The notes beneath the pieces were generated by a model, which saw nothing but the letters and a program-made list of their open reading frames with translations, did no database searches and had not been told where the DNA came from. A stretch of DNA of 64,000 nt from Escherichia coli. GTDB lineage: Bacteria; Pseudomonadota; Gammaproteobacteria; Enterobacterales; Enterobacteriaceae. This document shows, piece by piece, positions 34,199 through 45,132 of the stretch; position 1 is the stretch's first letter, and each line of letters begins with the position of its first letter. A program made the position numbers and the translations under genes. The stretch lies in the NCBI RefSeq assembly GCF_001677475.2, contig NZ_CP015229.1; one strand, written 5' to 3'.

Positions 34199-35083
34199 TT
34201 AACGAGTAACTTCGACTTTCGCCAGTTTTTCGTAGTAGCACGCCAGGGCGCTATGATCTGCCGTTCCTAAACCATCTGCTCGCAGTGCCTGCATCATCTC
34301 CATAACCGCAGCTGTGAGCGGCAGTTGCGCGCCGACGCCGTGGGAAGTATCCAGCGCATTTGCCAGATCCTTAATATGCAGATCAATACGGAAGCCCGGC
34401 TTGAAGTTGCGGTCCATCACCATCGGCGCTTTGGCATCCAGCACGGTACTGCCCGCCAGTCCACCGCGAATTGCCTGATACACCAAATCCGGGTTAACGC
34501 CCGCTTTGGTTGCCAGCGTTAACGCTTCTGACATCGCGGCAATATTCAGCGCCACAATGACCTGATTCGCCAGTTTGGTAACGTTACCTGCACCAATTTC
34601 CCCGGTATGCACCACGGAACCCGCCATCGCTTTCATCAAATCATAGTATTTGTCGAAAATAGCCTTGTCGCCGCCCACCATCACTGACAGCGTACCGTCG
34701 ATGGCTTTCGGTTCACCGCCGCTCACCGGGGCGTCCAGCATATCAATGCCTTTCGCTTTCAGCGCTTCGCTTATTTCACGGCTTGCCAGCGGTGCAATAG
34801 AACTCATATCGATCAATACCGTACCTGGCTTCGCGCCTTCAATAATGCCATTCTCACCCAGCGCCACCTCTTTCACATGAGGGGAGTTTGGCAGCATGGT
34901 TATGATGACGTCGCACTGTTCAGCGATCGCTTTAGCCGTAGAAGCTGTTTCTGCACCTGCAGCAATCACGTCAGCAATAGCTTCTGGGTTACGGTCAGCA
35001 ACCACCAGCGAGTAACCTGCTTTCAGAAGGTTTTTACTCATTGGTTTACCCATAATCCCCAGGCCAATAAAACCAACTTTCAT
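34199..35083 (-). CDS. garR: Tartronate semialdehyde reductase GarR, about 294 aa
   Basis: ORF 34199..35098; start at MKVGFIGLGIMGKPMSKNL (Rossmann GxGxxG); the exact ATG among MIDMTM is uncertain. Confidence 0.9.
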   Translation of the reverse strand: MKVGFIGLGIMGKPMSKNLLKAGYSLVVADRNPEAIADVIAAGAETASTAKAIAEQCDVIITMLPNSPHVKEVALGENGIIEGAKPGTVLIDMSSIAPLASREISEALKAKGIDMLDAPVSGGEPKAIDGTLSVMVGGDKAIFDKYYDLMKAMAGSVVHTGEIGAGNVTKLANQVIVALNIAAMSEALTLATKAGVNPDLVYQAIRGGLAGSTVLDAKAPMVMDRNFKPGFRIDLHIKDLANALDTSHGVGAQLPLTAAVMEMMQALRADGLGTADHSALACYYEKLAKVEVTR

Positions 35084-35118
35084 AGTCATATCAATCATCT
35101 CTCTTGTTGCGGTGGTGG

Positions 35119-35889
35119 TTATTTTTTAAAGGTATCAGCCAGTTTCTGAGTGGCAGAGCGGAAGACGCCGAGATCGCTGCCGACAGCCACAAACGTCGCG
35201 CCCCATTCCAGATAACGACGCGCATCGGCTTCGACCGGTGCGAGGATACCGCTGGGTTTGCCGTGCGCACTGGCACGGTTAAAAATATGCTGGATTGCTT
35301 TTTGTACATCCGGGTGCGAAGCATTGCCGAGATGGCCTAATGCCGCAGCCAGATCGCTGGGGCCGACGAAGATGCCGTCTACACCTTCGATAGCGGCAAT
35401 GGCATCGACGTTATCTACGCCCTGCTGACTTTCTATCTGGACCAGAATAGTGATGTTCTTGTTCGACTGAGCGAAATAATCCGCCACGGTGCCAAACATA
35501 TTGGCGCGGTGAGAAACGGAGACGCCGCGAATGCCTTCCGGCGGGTAACGAGTTGATGCCACCGCCTGCTCTGCTTCCTCTTTTGTTTCTACAAAAGGAA
35601 TCAGGAAGTTATAGAAACCGATATCCAGAAGACGCTTAATAATTACCGGCTCGTTGGTCGGCACTCGCACTACTGGCGCGCTGGCGCTGCCTTTCAGGGC
35701 CATTAACTGCGGAATAAACGTGGAGATATCGTTTGGCGCATGTTCGCCATCCAGCACCAGCCAGTCAAACCCAGCCAAACCAAGAACTTCAGTGCTAATC
35801 GGGTTAGAGAGTGCTGACCAGCAACCAATTTGTACCTGTTTCGCAGCCAGTGCGGCTTTGAATTTATTCGGGAAAACATCGTTATTCAT
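35119..35889 (-). CDS. garL: 5-keto-4-deoxy-D-glucarate aldolase GarL, 256 aa
   Basis: [53 protein letters not shown]. Confidence 0.92.
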   Translation of the reverse strand: MNNDVFPNKFKAALAAKQVQIGCWSALSNPISTEVLGLAGFDWLVLDGEHAPNDISTFIPQLMALKGSASAPVVRVPTNEPVIIKRLLDIGFYNFLIPFVETKEEAEQAVASTRYPPEGIRGVSVSHRANMFGTVADYFAQSNKNITILVQIESQQGVDNVDAIAAIEGVDGIFVGPSDLAAALGHLGNASHPDVQKAIQHIFNRASAHGKPSGILAPVEADARRYLEWGATFVAVGSDLGVFRSATQKLADTFKK

Positions 35890-35904
35890 CGCTTATACCT
35901 TTGC

Positions 35905-37239
35905 TTATTTCTGCAATTCCATACGTTTAATGTCGCCAACTACGAAGAGGTAGCAGACCATCGCCATCAGCGCTGAACATCCCACGAAAACCAGTGCTGC
36001 ATTGAAGGAGTGCAATTCACTTACCAGGTAGCCAATCACCAGTGGAGTGACAATGGAGGCAACATTGCCAAAGACGTTAAAGACGCCGCCGCAGAGGCCA
36101 ACAATCTCTTTCGGCGCGGTGTCAGAAATCACCGGCCAGCCCAGAGCACCAAATCCTTTGCCAAAAAAAGCCAGCGCCATCAGCATGACCACCAGCGTGG
36201 TGTTGTTGGTGTAGTTACATAAGATGATGGTGGAAGCCAGCAACATTCCCAGCACAATCGGTAGCTTACGTGCCAGGGTCAGGGATAAACCGCGTTTGAT
36301 CAGATAATCCGAGAAGACACCTCCCAGCACGCCGCCCGCAAAACCACACAGTGCCGGAATCGAGGCGACCAGACCCACTTTCAGAATCGACATGCCTTTT
36401 TCCTGCACCAGATAAATTGGGAACCAGGTGAGGAAGAACCAGGTAATGGTGTTGATAAAATATTGCCCGAAAAATACGCCCAGCATCATGCGGTTAGAGA
36501 GCAGTTGCTTGATGTAATGCAGTTTGGGACCGCTTGCTGCCGCGCTGCCCGGCTTTTTGTGGTCCATATCGACCACCGCGCCATTTTCAGAGATAAACTT
36601 CAGCTCTTCCGCAGACATACGTGGGTGATCTGTCGGGTTATGAATCAACTTGATCCACAGCGCCGTCAGCACAAAACCAATCACCCCCATAACGGTGAAG
36701 ACGTGCTCCCAGCCCCAGGCGAAAGTCAGCCAGCCAAGCAGCGGCGAAAAGAGCGCCAGCGAGAAATATTGCGCCGAGTTAAAGATGGCGGAGGCAGTAC
36801 CACGTTCTTTTGTCGGAAACCAGGCGGCGACAATACGGGCGTTCGCCGGGAATGATGGCGCTTCCGAGAACCCCAGCATAAAGCGCATAAAGAACATGGA
36901 GATCCCTGCCCAGGCCAGCGGGAACATATCAACAAAGCCTTGCAGGAAGGTGAACAGCGACCAGAAAAAGAGGCTGTAGGTGTAAACTTTTTTCGAGCCA
37001 AACTTATCAAGCAGCCAGCCGCCGGGAATTTGCATCAGCAGGTAGGCCCAGCCAAAAGCGGAGAAGATGTAACCCATCGAAACCGCACTTAACTGCAACT
37101 CTTTTGCCACTTCGGTACCAGCAATAGACAGCGTTGCACGATCGGCGTAGTTAACGGCGGTAACAATAAAAATAATCAGTAATATTAAATAGCGGGTATG
37201 CACGCCTTTCTTTTTTACGTCAACGGTGTCCAGAATCAT
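35905..37239 (-). CDS. garP: Galactarate/glucarate MFS transporter GarP, 444 aa
   Basis: MILDTVDVKKKGVHTRYLILLIIFIVTAVNYADRATLSIAG... Confidence 0.92.
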   Translation of the reverse strand: MILDTVDVKKKGVHTRYLILLIIFIVTAVNYADRATLSIAGTEVAKELQLSAVSMGYIFSAFGWAYLLMQIPGGWLLDKFGSKKVYTYSLFFWSLFTFLQGFVDMFPLAWAGISMFFMRFMLGFSEAPSFPANARIVAAWFPTKERGTASAIFNSAQYFSLALFSPLLGWLTFAWGWEHVFTVMGVIGFVLTALWIKLIHNPTDHPRMSAEELKFISENGAVVDMDHKKPGSAAASGPKLHYIKQLLSNRMMLGVFFGQYFINTITWFFLTWFPIYLVQEKGMSILKVGLVASIPALCGFAGGVLGGVFSDYLIKRGLSLTLARKLPIVLGMLLASTIILCNYTNNTTLVVMLMALAFFGKGFGALGWPVISDTAPKEIVGLCGGVFNVFGNVASIVTPLVIGYLVSELHSFNAALVFVGCSALMAMVCYLFVVGDIKRMELQK

Positions 37240-37613
37240 TTTATTTACCTCGGGTACTTATGCTGATTTTTATTATTATGGGGAAGGTGTTATTTATGAG
37301 TTTTATTTATGCCGTTACGACAATGAACTCGGGAATTAGTATAAGCAGCGGGAGAATAATAATCATTGTGCAAATGCTAATTTAATCAGTACTATTTAAA
37401 TATTATTTTGAGCATATGCACATAAGGTTGCGCGCTAAAGCACAGATTTGCGCTTTACCTTACCGGGCGGCACTGCAATCCCTGAAATGATTGACATTGA
37501 TCACATTTCTGCGTTTAAACTCCTGACATTCTTATTTCACCCAATGAAGTCATTTATTTTTAAATGAGACCAGGTCCTCATTTTAATAACCCCTGGCTGG
37601 AGAATATTGCACA

Positions 37614-39185
37614 ATGGCCAACATCGAAATCAGACAAGAAACGCCAACTGCGTTTTATATAAAAGTTCACGACACAGATAATGTGGCAATTATTGTTAAT
37701 GATAATGGCCTGAAAGCAGGAACGCGTTTTCCGGATGGGCTGGAATTAATTGAACATATTCCCCAGGGGCATAAAGTCGCATTGCTGGACATTCCGGCTA
37801 ATGGTGAAATTATTCGTTATGGCGAAGTGATTGGTTACGCCGTGCGCGCAATCCCACGCGGAAGCTGGATCGACGAATCAATGGTTGTACTACCGGAAGC
37901 GCCGCCGTTACACACGCTGCCACTGGCAACCAAAGTCCCGGAACCCTTACCGCCGCTGGAAGGATACACCTTTGAGGGCTATCGCAATGCCGATGGCAGC
38001 GTGGGCACTAAAAACCTGCTCGGCATCACCACCAGCGTCCACTGTGTAGCAGGCGTGGTGGACTATGTAGTAAAAATCATTGAACGCGATCTGCTACCGA
38101 AATACCCGAACATCGATGGCGTGGTGGGGCTGAATCATTTGTACGGCTGTGGCGTGGCGATTAACGCACCGGCGGCAGTTGTGCCTATTCGTACCATCCA
38201 CAATATTTCGCTGAACCCTAACTTTGGCGGCGAAGTAATGGTGATTGGTCTGGGTTGTGAAAAGTTGCAGCCTGAGCGCCTGCTGACTGGAACGGATGAT
38301 GTGCAAGCTATTCCAGTAGAAAGCGCCAGCATTGTCAGTTTGCAGGATGAAAAGCATGTCGGCTTTCAGTCCATGGTTGAGGATATTTTGCAGGTCGCCG
38401 AACGCCATTTGCACAAACTGAATCAACGGCAGCGAGAAACCTGTCCGGCTTCAGAACTGGTTGTCGGCATGCAGTGCGGTGGCAGCGATGCGTTTTCTGG
38501 CGTAACGGCAAACCCGGCGGTTGGGTATGCGTCTGATCTACTGGTGCGCTGCGGCGCAACGGTGATGTTTTCAGAAGTCACGGAAGTGCGTGACGCGATC
38601 CATCTGCTGACACCACGCGCAGTGAACGAAGAGGTCGGCAAACGGCTGCTGGAGGAGATGGAGTGGTACGATAACTATCTCAATATGGGAAAAACCGACC
38701 GCAGCGCCAACCCTTCGCCGGGCAACAAGAAAGGCGGTCTGGCAAATGTGGTGGAGAAAGCGCTCGGCTCCATTGCTAAATCGGGTAAAAGCGCAATTGT
38801 TGAAGTGCTGTCGCCTGGTCAACGCCCGACTAAACGCGGATTAATTTACGCCGCGACGCCAGCCAGCGATTTTGTCTGTGGCACGCAACAGGTGGCTTCG
38901 GGTATCACCGTGCAAGTGTTTACGACCGGTCGCGGTACGCCGTACGGCCTGATGGCGGTACCCGTCATTAAAATGGCAACCCGCACCGAGCTGGCGAACC
39001 GCTGGTTTGATTTAATGGATATTAATGCGGGCACCATCGCTACCGGCGAAGAAACTATTGAAGAGGTGGGCTGGAAGTTGTTCCACTTTATTCTCGACGT
39101 CGCCAGCGGGAAGAAGAAAACCTTCTCAGATCAATGGGGACTGCATAACCAGCTGGCGGTGTTTAACCCAGCACCGGTGACCTGA
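37614..39185 (+). CDS. garD: Galactarate dehydratase GarD, 523 aa
   Basis: [39 protein letters not shown]...; divergent from garPLRK. Confidence 0.92.
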   Translation: MANIEIRQETPTAFYIKVHDTDNVAIIVNDNGLKAGTRFPDGLELIEHIPQGHKVALLDIPANGEIIRYGEVIGYAVRAIPRGSWIDESMVVLPEAPPLHTLPLATKVPEPLPPLEGYTFEGYRNADGSVGTKNLLGITTSVHCVAGVVDYVVKIIERDLLPKYPNIDGVVGLNHLYGCGVAINAPAAVVPIRTIHNISLNPNFGGEVMVIGLGCEKLQPERLLTGTDDVQAIPVESASIVSLQDEKHVGFQSMVEDILQVAERHLHKLNQRQRETCPASELVVGMQCGGSDAFSGVTANPAVGYASDLLVRCGATVMFSEVTEVRDAIHLLTPRAVNEEVGKRLLEEMEWYDNYLNMGKTDRSANPSPGNKKGGLANVVEKALGSIAKSGKSAIVEVLSPGQRPTKRGLIYAATPASDFVCGTQQVASGITVQVFTTGRGTPYGLMAVPVIKMATRTELANRWFDLMDINAGTIATGEETIEEVGWKLFHFILDVASGKKKTFSDQWGLHNQLAVFNPAPVT

Positions 39186-39210
39186 TTTCTTTTGGAACTT
39201 TCCTCGCAAA

Positions 39211-39237
39211 ACATGGCCTTAGTGCCATGTTTTTATT
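39211..39237 (+). terminator. Intrinsic terminator after garD
   Basis: acatggc-cttagt-gccatgt hairpin followed by ttttatt. Confidence 0.65.
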
Positions 39238-39333
39238 GTTTAAAGTCCCCACGTCCATTAATAATGCATTTGCATTACCTTAGTTCAAGCTTATAATTTG
39301 AGCAGAAAACAGGCTGTAAAAGGACAGTGAATC

Positions 39334-39669
39334 ATGCCCGCTAATGCTCGCTCTCACGCTGTACTGACCACTGAATCAAAGGTCACGATACGCGGACAAA
39401 CAACTATCCCCGCGCCAGTGCGTGAGGCCTTAAAACTGAAGCCAGGCCAGGACAGCATTCATTACGAAATTCTGCCTGGTGGGCAAGTATTTATGTGCCG
39501 ACTGGGAGATGAACAGGAGGATCATACTATGAATGCATTTTTGCGTTTTCTGGATGCAGATATCCAGAACAACCCGCAAAAAACTCGTCCATTCAACATT
39601 CAACAAGGAAAGAAACTTGTCGCTGGCATGGACGTCAACATTGATGATGAGATTGGCGACGACGAATAA
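39334..39669 (+). CDS. prlF: Type II antitoxin PrlF (SohA), 111 aa
   Basis: MPANARSHAVLTTESKVTIRGQTTIPAPVREALKLKPGQ (AbrB/SpoVT-type DNA-binding N-terminus), acidic C-terminus. Confidence 0.9.
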   Translation: MPANARSHAVLTTESKVTIRGQTTIPAPVREALKLKPGQDSIHYEILPGGQVFMCRLGDEQEDHTMNAFLRFLDADIQNNPQKTRPFNIQQGKKLVAGMDVNIDDEIGDDE

Positions 39670-40133
39670 TGGATTTTCCACAAAGGGTTAATGGTTGGGC
39701 GCTATATGCTCATCCCTGTTTTCAGGAAACCTACGACGCTTTAGTTGCCGAAGTCGAGACATTAAAGGGAAAAGATCCTGAAAATTATCAGAGAAAAGCC
39801 GCCACAAAGTTATTGGCGGTAGTCCATAAAGTGATTGAGGAGCATATCACGGTCAATCCATCATCACCGGCATTCCGTCATGGCAAGTCGTTAGGCTCTG
39901 GGAAAAATAAAGACTGGTCACGGGTAAAATTTGGTGCTGGTCGTTATCGTCTCTTCTTTCGTTATAGTGAAAAAGAGAAAGTCATCATTCTGGGATGGAT
40001 GAACGATGAAAACACTCTGCGCACCTACGGTAAAAAAACAGATGCCTATACCGTATTCAGCAAAATGTTAAAAAGAGGACATCCTCCTGCCGACTGGGAA
40101 ACCCTCACCCGAGAGACAGAAGAAACCCATTGA
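39669..40133 (+). CDS. yhaV: Type II toxin YhaV (ribonuclease), 154 aa
   Basis: MDFPQRVNGWALYAHPCFQETYDALVAEVE...; start overlaps the prlF stop (ATGA). Confidence 0.9.
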   Translation: MDFPQRVNGWALYAHPCFQETYDALVAEVETLKGKDPENYQRKAATKLLAVVHKVIEEHITVNPSSPAFRHGKSLGSGKNKDWSRVKFGAGRYRLFFRYSEKEKVIILGWMNDENTLRTYGKKTDAYTVFSKMLKRGHPPADWETLTRETEETH

Positions 40134-40187
40134 TGGTGTTCACAATGCCCGCCGAACGCATTCGTGTTGACCAGCGGGCACCCTTTC

Positions 40188-40997
40188 TCACTCCCCGACC
40201 AGAATCACTTCAACCCCAGCCTTTCGCAGGCCTTCCAGACTATCCGCAGGAATGCCTTCATCAACAATGATCATGTCGATACGTTGAGTATCAATGATCT
40301 TATGTAAACTGGAACGATTGAACTTACTGGAATCGGTGACCACGATGATCCGTTCCGCAACTTCGCACATCCGACGGTTTAAACGGGCTTCATCTTCATT
40401 ATGCGTGCTGACACCGCGCTCCAGATCAATCGCATCTACGCCAAGAAACAGCATATCGAAGTGGTAATTTTGCAGCGATTGTTCAGCCTGATCGCCGTAA
40501 AAAGATTGCGACTGACGGCGCAAATGCCCGCCGGTCATCAGCAGCTCAACGCCTTCCGCTTCCAGCAACGCATTAGCCACGTTCATACCGTTGGTCATCG
40601 CAATTACGTCAGTGTGCTTGCGCATCAGACGAGCAATCTCAAAAGTGGTGGTCCCGGAATCGAGGATCACCCGATGACCTGGCTGAATCAACTCAACGGC
40701 AGCTTTCGCAACGCTGCGTTTCATCGCGGTGTTCAGCGCGCTTTTATCTTCCACTGATGGCTCGACTGACGGCGTCGTGCTATCGCAGATCAACGCGCCG
40801 CCATAGGCACGCACAGCGATCCCCTGCTTTTCCAGAAACGCCAGATCGTTGCGGATCGTCACAGTAGATACGCCATACAATGCCGACAGATCGTTAACCT
40901 GCACACTCCCTTGCTGTCGCAGACGCTGAATGATCTGTTCTCGTCGCTCGCTGGTGCCTGTCATTCGCTTCTCACCTGAAGCGTCGGTATTACTCAT
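40188..40997 (-). CDS. agaR: DeoR-family repressor AgaR, 269 aa
   Basis: [52 protein letters not shown]. Confidence 0.92.
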   Translation of the reverse strand: MSNTDASGEKRMTGTSERREQIIQRLRQQGSVQVNDLSALYGVSTVTIRNDLAFLEKQGIAVRAYGGALICDSTTPSVEPSVEDKSALNTAMKRSVAKAAVELIQPGHRVILDSGTTTFEIARLMRKHTDVIAMTNGMNVANALLEAEGVELLMTGGHLRRQSQSFYGDQAEQSLQNYHFDMLFLGVDAIDLERGVSTHNEDEARLNRRMCEVAERIIVVTDSSKFNRSSLHKIIDTQRIDMIIVDEGIPADSLEGLRKAGVEVILVGE

Positions 40998-41016
40998 AGT
41001 AAGTCCTTTCGTAAAA

Positions 41017-41214
41017 CTTTCGTTTCATTTCGTTTTGCCTATTAACGCCTTTCTATTAAGCAAATGCAAGCCCACCTTACCCATTGGCGCAAGCTACTCT
41101 CGTTTCAGTGGCTTTCATTATGTTTCTTTTGTGAATCAGATCAGAAAACCATTATCTTTCGTTTTATTTTTATCTCACCATGACGCAGTATCAATTGAAA
41201 CAAAACGAAAGATC
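41017..41214. promoter_or_regulatory. Cluster of AgaR-operator-like motifs (TTTCGTTT repeats) in the agaR/kbaZ divergent region
   Basis: ctttcgtttcatttcgttttgcc (41017..41039), ctttcgttttatttttatc (41156..41174), inverted ttgaaacaaaacgaaagatc (41195..41214); fits the published AgaR site pattern as recalled. Confidence 0.55.
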
Positions 41215-41245
41215 AATATCGCAGTAATCTGAACTGGAGAGGAAA

Positions 41246-42526
41246 GTGAAACATCTGACAGAAATGGTGAGACAGCACAAAGAGGGTAAAACAAATGGGA
41301 TTTATGCCGTTTGTTCCGCACATCCGCTGGTGCTGGAAGCTGCAATCCGCTACGCCAGTGCAAACCAAACGCCGTTACTGATTGAAGCAACCTCCAATCA
41401 GGTGGACCAGTTCGGCGGTTATACCGGAATGACGCCCGCCGATTTTCGCGGCTTTGTTTGTCAGCTCGCCGACTCGTTGAATTTCCCACAGGATGCGTTG
41501 ATTCTGGGTGGCGACCATCTGGGTCCAAACCGCTGGCAAAATCTGCCTGCCGCTCAGGCAATGGCCAATGCCGATGATTTGATTAAAAGCTACGTGGCGG
41601 CAGGATTCAAAAAAATCCACCTTGATTGCAGCATGTCCTGTCAGGACGATCCAATTCCCTTAACTGATGACATCGTGGCTGAACGCGCCGCCCGTCTGGC
41701 GAAAGTGGCGGAAGAAACCTGTCGCGAACACTTTGGCGAAGCCGATCTGGAGTATGTCATTGGTACCGAAGTGCCGGTACCTGGCGGCGCGCATGAAACC
41801 TTAAGCGAGCTGGCGGTCACCACGCCGGATGCCGCCCGCGCCACGCTGGAAGCCCATCGTCACGCCTTTGAAAAGCAAGGTTTGAATGCCATCTGGCCAC
41901 GCATCATTGCCCTGGTGGTGCAACCCGGCGTCGAATTCGATCACACCAACGTTATTGATTATCAGCCCGCCAAAGCGAGCGCCTTAAGCCAGATGGTCGA
42001 AAACTACGAAACGCTGATTTTCGAAGCGCACTCTACCGATTATCAAACGCCGCAATCGCTGCGCCAGCTGGTGATTGACCACTTTGCCATTCTGAAAGTT
42101 GGCCCGGCGCTGACCTTCGCCCTGCGTGAAGCTCTGTTCTCTCTGGCAGCGATTGAAGAAGAACTGGTGCCAGCAAAAGCCTGTTCTGGTCTGCGTCAGG
42201 TGCTGGAAAACGTGATGCTCGACCGCCCGGAATACTGGCAAAGCCACTACCACGGTGACGGCAACGCGCGTCGTCTGGCGCGTGGTTATAGCTACTCGGA
42301 TCGCGTGCGCTATTACTGGCCGGACAGCCAGATTGATGACGCTTTCGCTCATCTGGTTCGTAATCTGGCGGATTCACCAATTCCGCTACCGCTCATCAGC
42401 CAGTATTTGCCGCTGCAATACGTGAAAGTTCGCTCCGGCGAGCTGCAGCCAACACCACGGGAACTCATTATCAACCATATTCAGGACATCCTGGCGCAGT
42501 ACCACACAGCCTGTGAAGGCCAATAA
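41246..42526 (+). CDS. kbaZ: Tagatose-bisphosphate aldolase subunit KbaZ (AgaZ), 426 aa, GTG start
   Basis: [61 protein letters not shown]. Confidence 0.92.
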   Translation: MKHLTEMVRQHKEGKTNGIYAVCSAHPLVLEAAIRYASANQTPLLIEATSNQVDQFGGYTGMTPADFRGFVCQLADSLNFPQDALILGGDHLGPNRWQNLPAAQAMANADDLIKSYVAAGFKKIHLDCSMSCQDDPIPLTDDIVAERAARLAKVAEETCREHFGEADLEYVIGTEVPVPGGAHETLSELAVTTPDAARATLEAHRHAFEKQGLNAIWPRIIALVVQPGVEFDHTNVIDYQPAKASALSQMVENYETLIFEAHSTDYQTPQSLRQLVIDHFAILKVGPALTFALREALFSLAAIEEELVPAKACSGLRQVLENVMLDRPEYWQSHYHGDGNARRLARGYSYSDRVRYYWPDSQIDDAFAHLVRNLADSPIPLPLISQYLPLQYVKVRSGELQPTPRELIINHIQDILAQYHTACEGQ

Positions 42527-42548
42527 GCAAAATAAAGAGGAACACGCT

Positions 42549-43022
42549 ATGCCAAATATTGTTTTAAGCCGGATTGATGAGCGTTTGATTCACGGTCAGG
42601 TCGGCGTTCAGTGGGTCGGATTTGCGGGGGCAAATCTGGTGCTGGTAGCCAACGATGAGGTTGCCGAAGATCCGGTACAACAAAACCTGATGGAAATGGT
42701 ACTGGCAGAAGGGATCGCCGTACGTTTCTGGACGCTGCAAAAAGTTATCGACAACATTCATCGCGCCGCCGATCGACAGAAAATCCTGCTGGTTTGTAAA
42801 ACACCTGCCGATTTCCTGACGCTGGTGAAAGGTGGCGTTCCGGTGAATCGCATTAACGTTGGCAATATGCACTACGCCAATGGCAAGCAACAAATCGCCA
42901 AAACGGTTTCTGTGGATGCGGGTGATATCGCAGCATTTAACGACCTGAAAGCCGCTGGGGTGGAATGCTTCGTTCAGGGCGTCCCGACAGAGCCTGCTGT
43001 GGACCTCTTTAAATTACTTTGA
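42549..43022 (+). CDS. agaV: N-acetylgalactosamine PTS IIB component AgaV, 157 aa
   Basis: ORF 42513..43022; start at MPNIVLSRIDERLIHGQVGVQW (mannose-family IIB). Confidence 0.9.
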   Translation: MPNIVLSRIDERLIHGQVGVQWVGFAGANLVLVANDEVAEDPVQQNLMEMVLAEGIAVRFWTLQKVIDNIHRAADRQKILLVCKTPADFLTLVKGGVPVNRINVGNMHYANGKQQIAKTVSVDAGDIAAFNDLKAAGVECFVQGVPTEPAVDLFKLL

Positions 43023-43032
43023 GGGATTCATC

Positions 43033-43812
43033 ATGGAAATCAGTCTGTTGCAGGCATTCGCGTTGGGCATTATCGCCTTTATCGCTGGCCTGGATATGTT
43101 TAACGGCCTAACCCATATGCACCGCCCGGTGGTCCTCGGCCCGTTGGTCGGGCTGGTACTTGGCGATCTGCATACCGGTATTTTAACCGGCGGTACGCTG
43201 GAACTGGTGTGGATGGGGCTGGCCCCGCTGGCAGGCGCACAGCCGCCTAACGTGATTATCGGTACTATCGTCGGCACGGCGTTTGCCATTACTACCGGCG
43301 TGAAACCCGATGTCGCGGTCGGTGTCGCCGTACCTTTCGCTGTCGCAGTACAGATGGGGATTACCTTCCTGTTCTCGGTGATGTCTGGCGTAATGTCCCG
43401 CTGCGACCGGATGGCGGAGAACGCCGATACACGCGGCATTGAACGCGTGAACTATCTGGCACTGCTGGCACTCGGCACTTTCTATTTTCTCTGCGCTTTC
43501 CTGCCTATCTACTTCGGCGCAGAACATGCCAAAACCATCATTGATGTCCTACCGCAACGATTAATCGACGGCCTCGGCGTCGCGGGCGGCATCATGCCAG
43601 CAATCGGTTTTGCCGTACTGCTGAAAATCATGATGAAAAACGTCTACATCCCCTACTTCATCCTGGGCTTTGTTGCCGCAGCCTGGCTCAAGTTACCGGT
43701 GCTGGCTATTGCTGCCGCCGCGCTGGCGATGGCGCTGATCGACCTGCTGCGTAAATCTCCTGAACCGACTCAACCTGCGGCACAGAAAGAGGAATTTGAA
43801 GATGGCATCTAA
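43033..43812 (+). CDS. agaW: N-acetylgalactosamine PTS IIC component AgaW, full length 259 aa
   Basis: MEISLLQAFALGIIAFIAGLDMFNG...; intact here, truncated in K-12 as recalled. Confidence 0.88.
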   Translation: MEISLLQAFALGIIAFIAGLDMFNGLTHMHRPVVLGPLVGLVLGDLHTGILTGGTLELVWMGLAPLAGAQPPNVIIGTIVGTAFAITTGVKPDVAVGVAVPFAVAVQMGITFLFSVMSGVMSRCDRMAENADTRGIERVNYLALLALGTFYFLCAFLPIYFGAEHAKTIIDVLPQRLIDGLGVAGGIMPAIGFAVLLKIMMKNVYIPYFILGFVAAAWLKLPVLAIAAAALAMALIDLLRKSPEPTQPAAQKEEFEDGI

Positions 43813-44680
43813 TCAAACCACCCTGCCGAACGTCAGTGAAAACGAAGAAACACTGCTGACAGGCGTCAATGAAAACGTGTATGAAGATCAGAGCATTGGC
43901 GCAGAGCTGACGAAAAAAGATATCAACCGCGTCGCCTGGCGTTCCATGCTGTTACAAGCGTCTTTTAACTACGAGCGTATGCAGGCTTCCGGCTGGTTGT
44001 ACGGTCTGCTGCCTGCTCTGAAAAAGATCCACACTAATAAACGCGACCTGGCGCGCGCCATGAAGGGGCATATGGGTTTCTTCAATACCCATCCGTTTCT
44101 GGTGACGTTTGTTATCGGCATTATCCTTGCGATGGAGCGTTCTAAGCAGGACGTTAACAGTATTCAGAGCACCAAAATTGCCGTCGGTGCGCCGCTCGGC
44201 GGGATTGGCGATGCGATGTTCTGGCTAACGCTACTGCCGATTTGTGGCGGGATAGGCGCAAGCCTCGCGCTACAAGGCTCTATTCTTGGCGCAGTCGTCT
44301 TTATTGTGCTGTTCAACGTGGTACACCTGGGGCTGCGTTTTGGTCTGGCGCATTATGCTTACCGCATGGGCGTGGCGGCGATTCCACTCATTAAAGCGAA
44401 TACCAAAAAAGTCGGCCATGCTGCGTCAATCGTTGGGATGACGGTAATCGGCGCGCTGGTGGCAACCTATGTTCGTTTAAGCACCACGCTGGAAATCACC
44501 GCTGGCGACGCAGTGGTTAAGTTACAGGCTGATGTTATCGACAAACTGATGCCTGCCTTCTTACCGCTGGTCTACACCCTGACCATGTTCTGGCTGGTAC
44601 GCCGCGGCTGGAGTCCGCTGCGCCTGATTGCAGTTACCGTGGTACTCGGCATCGTCGGTAAATTCTGTCATTTCCTTTAA
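43796..44680 (+). CDS. agaE: N-acetylgalactosamine PTS IID component AgaE, 294 aa
   Basis: Mannose-family IID profile; MKMASNQTTLPNVSENEETLLTGVNENVYEDQSIGAELTKKDINRVAWRS. Confidence 0.85.
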   Translation: MKMASNQTTLPNVSENEETLLTGVNENVYEDQSIGAELTKKDINRVAWRSMLLQASFNYERMQASGWLYGLLPALKKIHTNKRDLARAMKGHMGFFNTHPFLVTFVIGIILAMERSKQDVNSIQSTKIAVGAPLGGIGDAMFWLTLLPICGGIGASLALQGSILGAVVFIVLFNVVHLGLRFGLAHYAYRMGVAAIPLIKANTKKVGHAASIVGMTVIGALVATYVRLSTTLEITAGDAVVKLQADVIDKLMPAFLPLVYTLTMFWLVRRGWSPLRLIAVTVVLGIVGKFCHFL

Positions 44681-44697
44681 ATACAATGAGGTATTAG

Positions 44698-45132
44698 ATG
44701 TTAAGTATTATTTTGACAGGGCATGGCGGATTTGCCAGCGGCATGGAAAAAGCAATGAAGCAAATCCTCGGCGAGCAATCGCAGTTTATCGCCATCGATT
44801 TTCCGGAAACCTCAAGCACCGCGCTGCTTACATCGCAGCTTGAAGAGGCCATCGCCCAACTGGATTGTGAAGACGGCATTGTTTTTCTGACGGATTTGCT
44901 GGGCGGCACGCCGTTTCGCGTAGCTTCAACGCTGGCGATGCAAAAACCGGGCTGTGAAGTGATCACCGGCACCAATTTGCAACTGCTACTGGAGATGGTG
45001 CTGGAGCGCGAAGGGTTAAGCGGTGAAGAGTTCCGTGTGCAGGCGCTTGAGTGTGGACACCGTGGGCTGACCAGTCTGGTAGATGAGTTAGGCCGCTGCC
45101 ATGAAGAATGTCCGGTCGAGGAAGGAATATGA
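44698..45132 (+). CDS. agaF: N-acetylgalactosamine PTS IIA component AgaF, 144 aa
   Basis: MLSIILTGHGGFASGMEKAMKQILGEQ (mannose-family IIA). Confidence 0.85.
   Translation: MLSIILTGHGGFASGMEKAMKQILGEQSQFIAIDFPETSSTALLTSQLEEAIAQLDCEDGIVFLTDLLGGTPFRVASTLAMQKPGCEVITGTNLQLLLEMVLEREGLSGEEFRVQALECGHRGLTSLVDELGRCHEECPVEEGI

Noticed and set aside
40930-41232. 100 aa ORF in the agaR-kbaZ divergent promoter region
   Set aside because: Overlaps the agaR start and the operator repeats; translation is low complexity.
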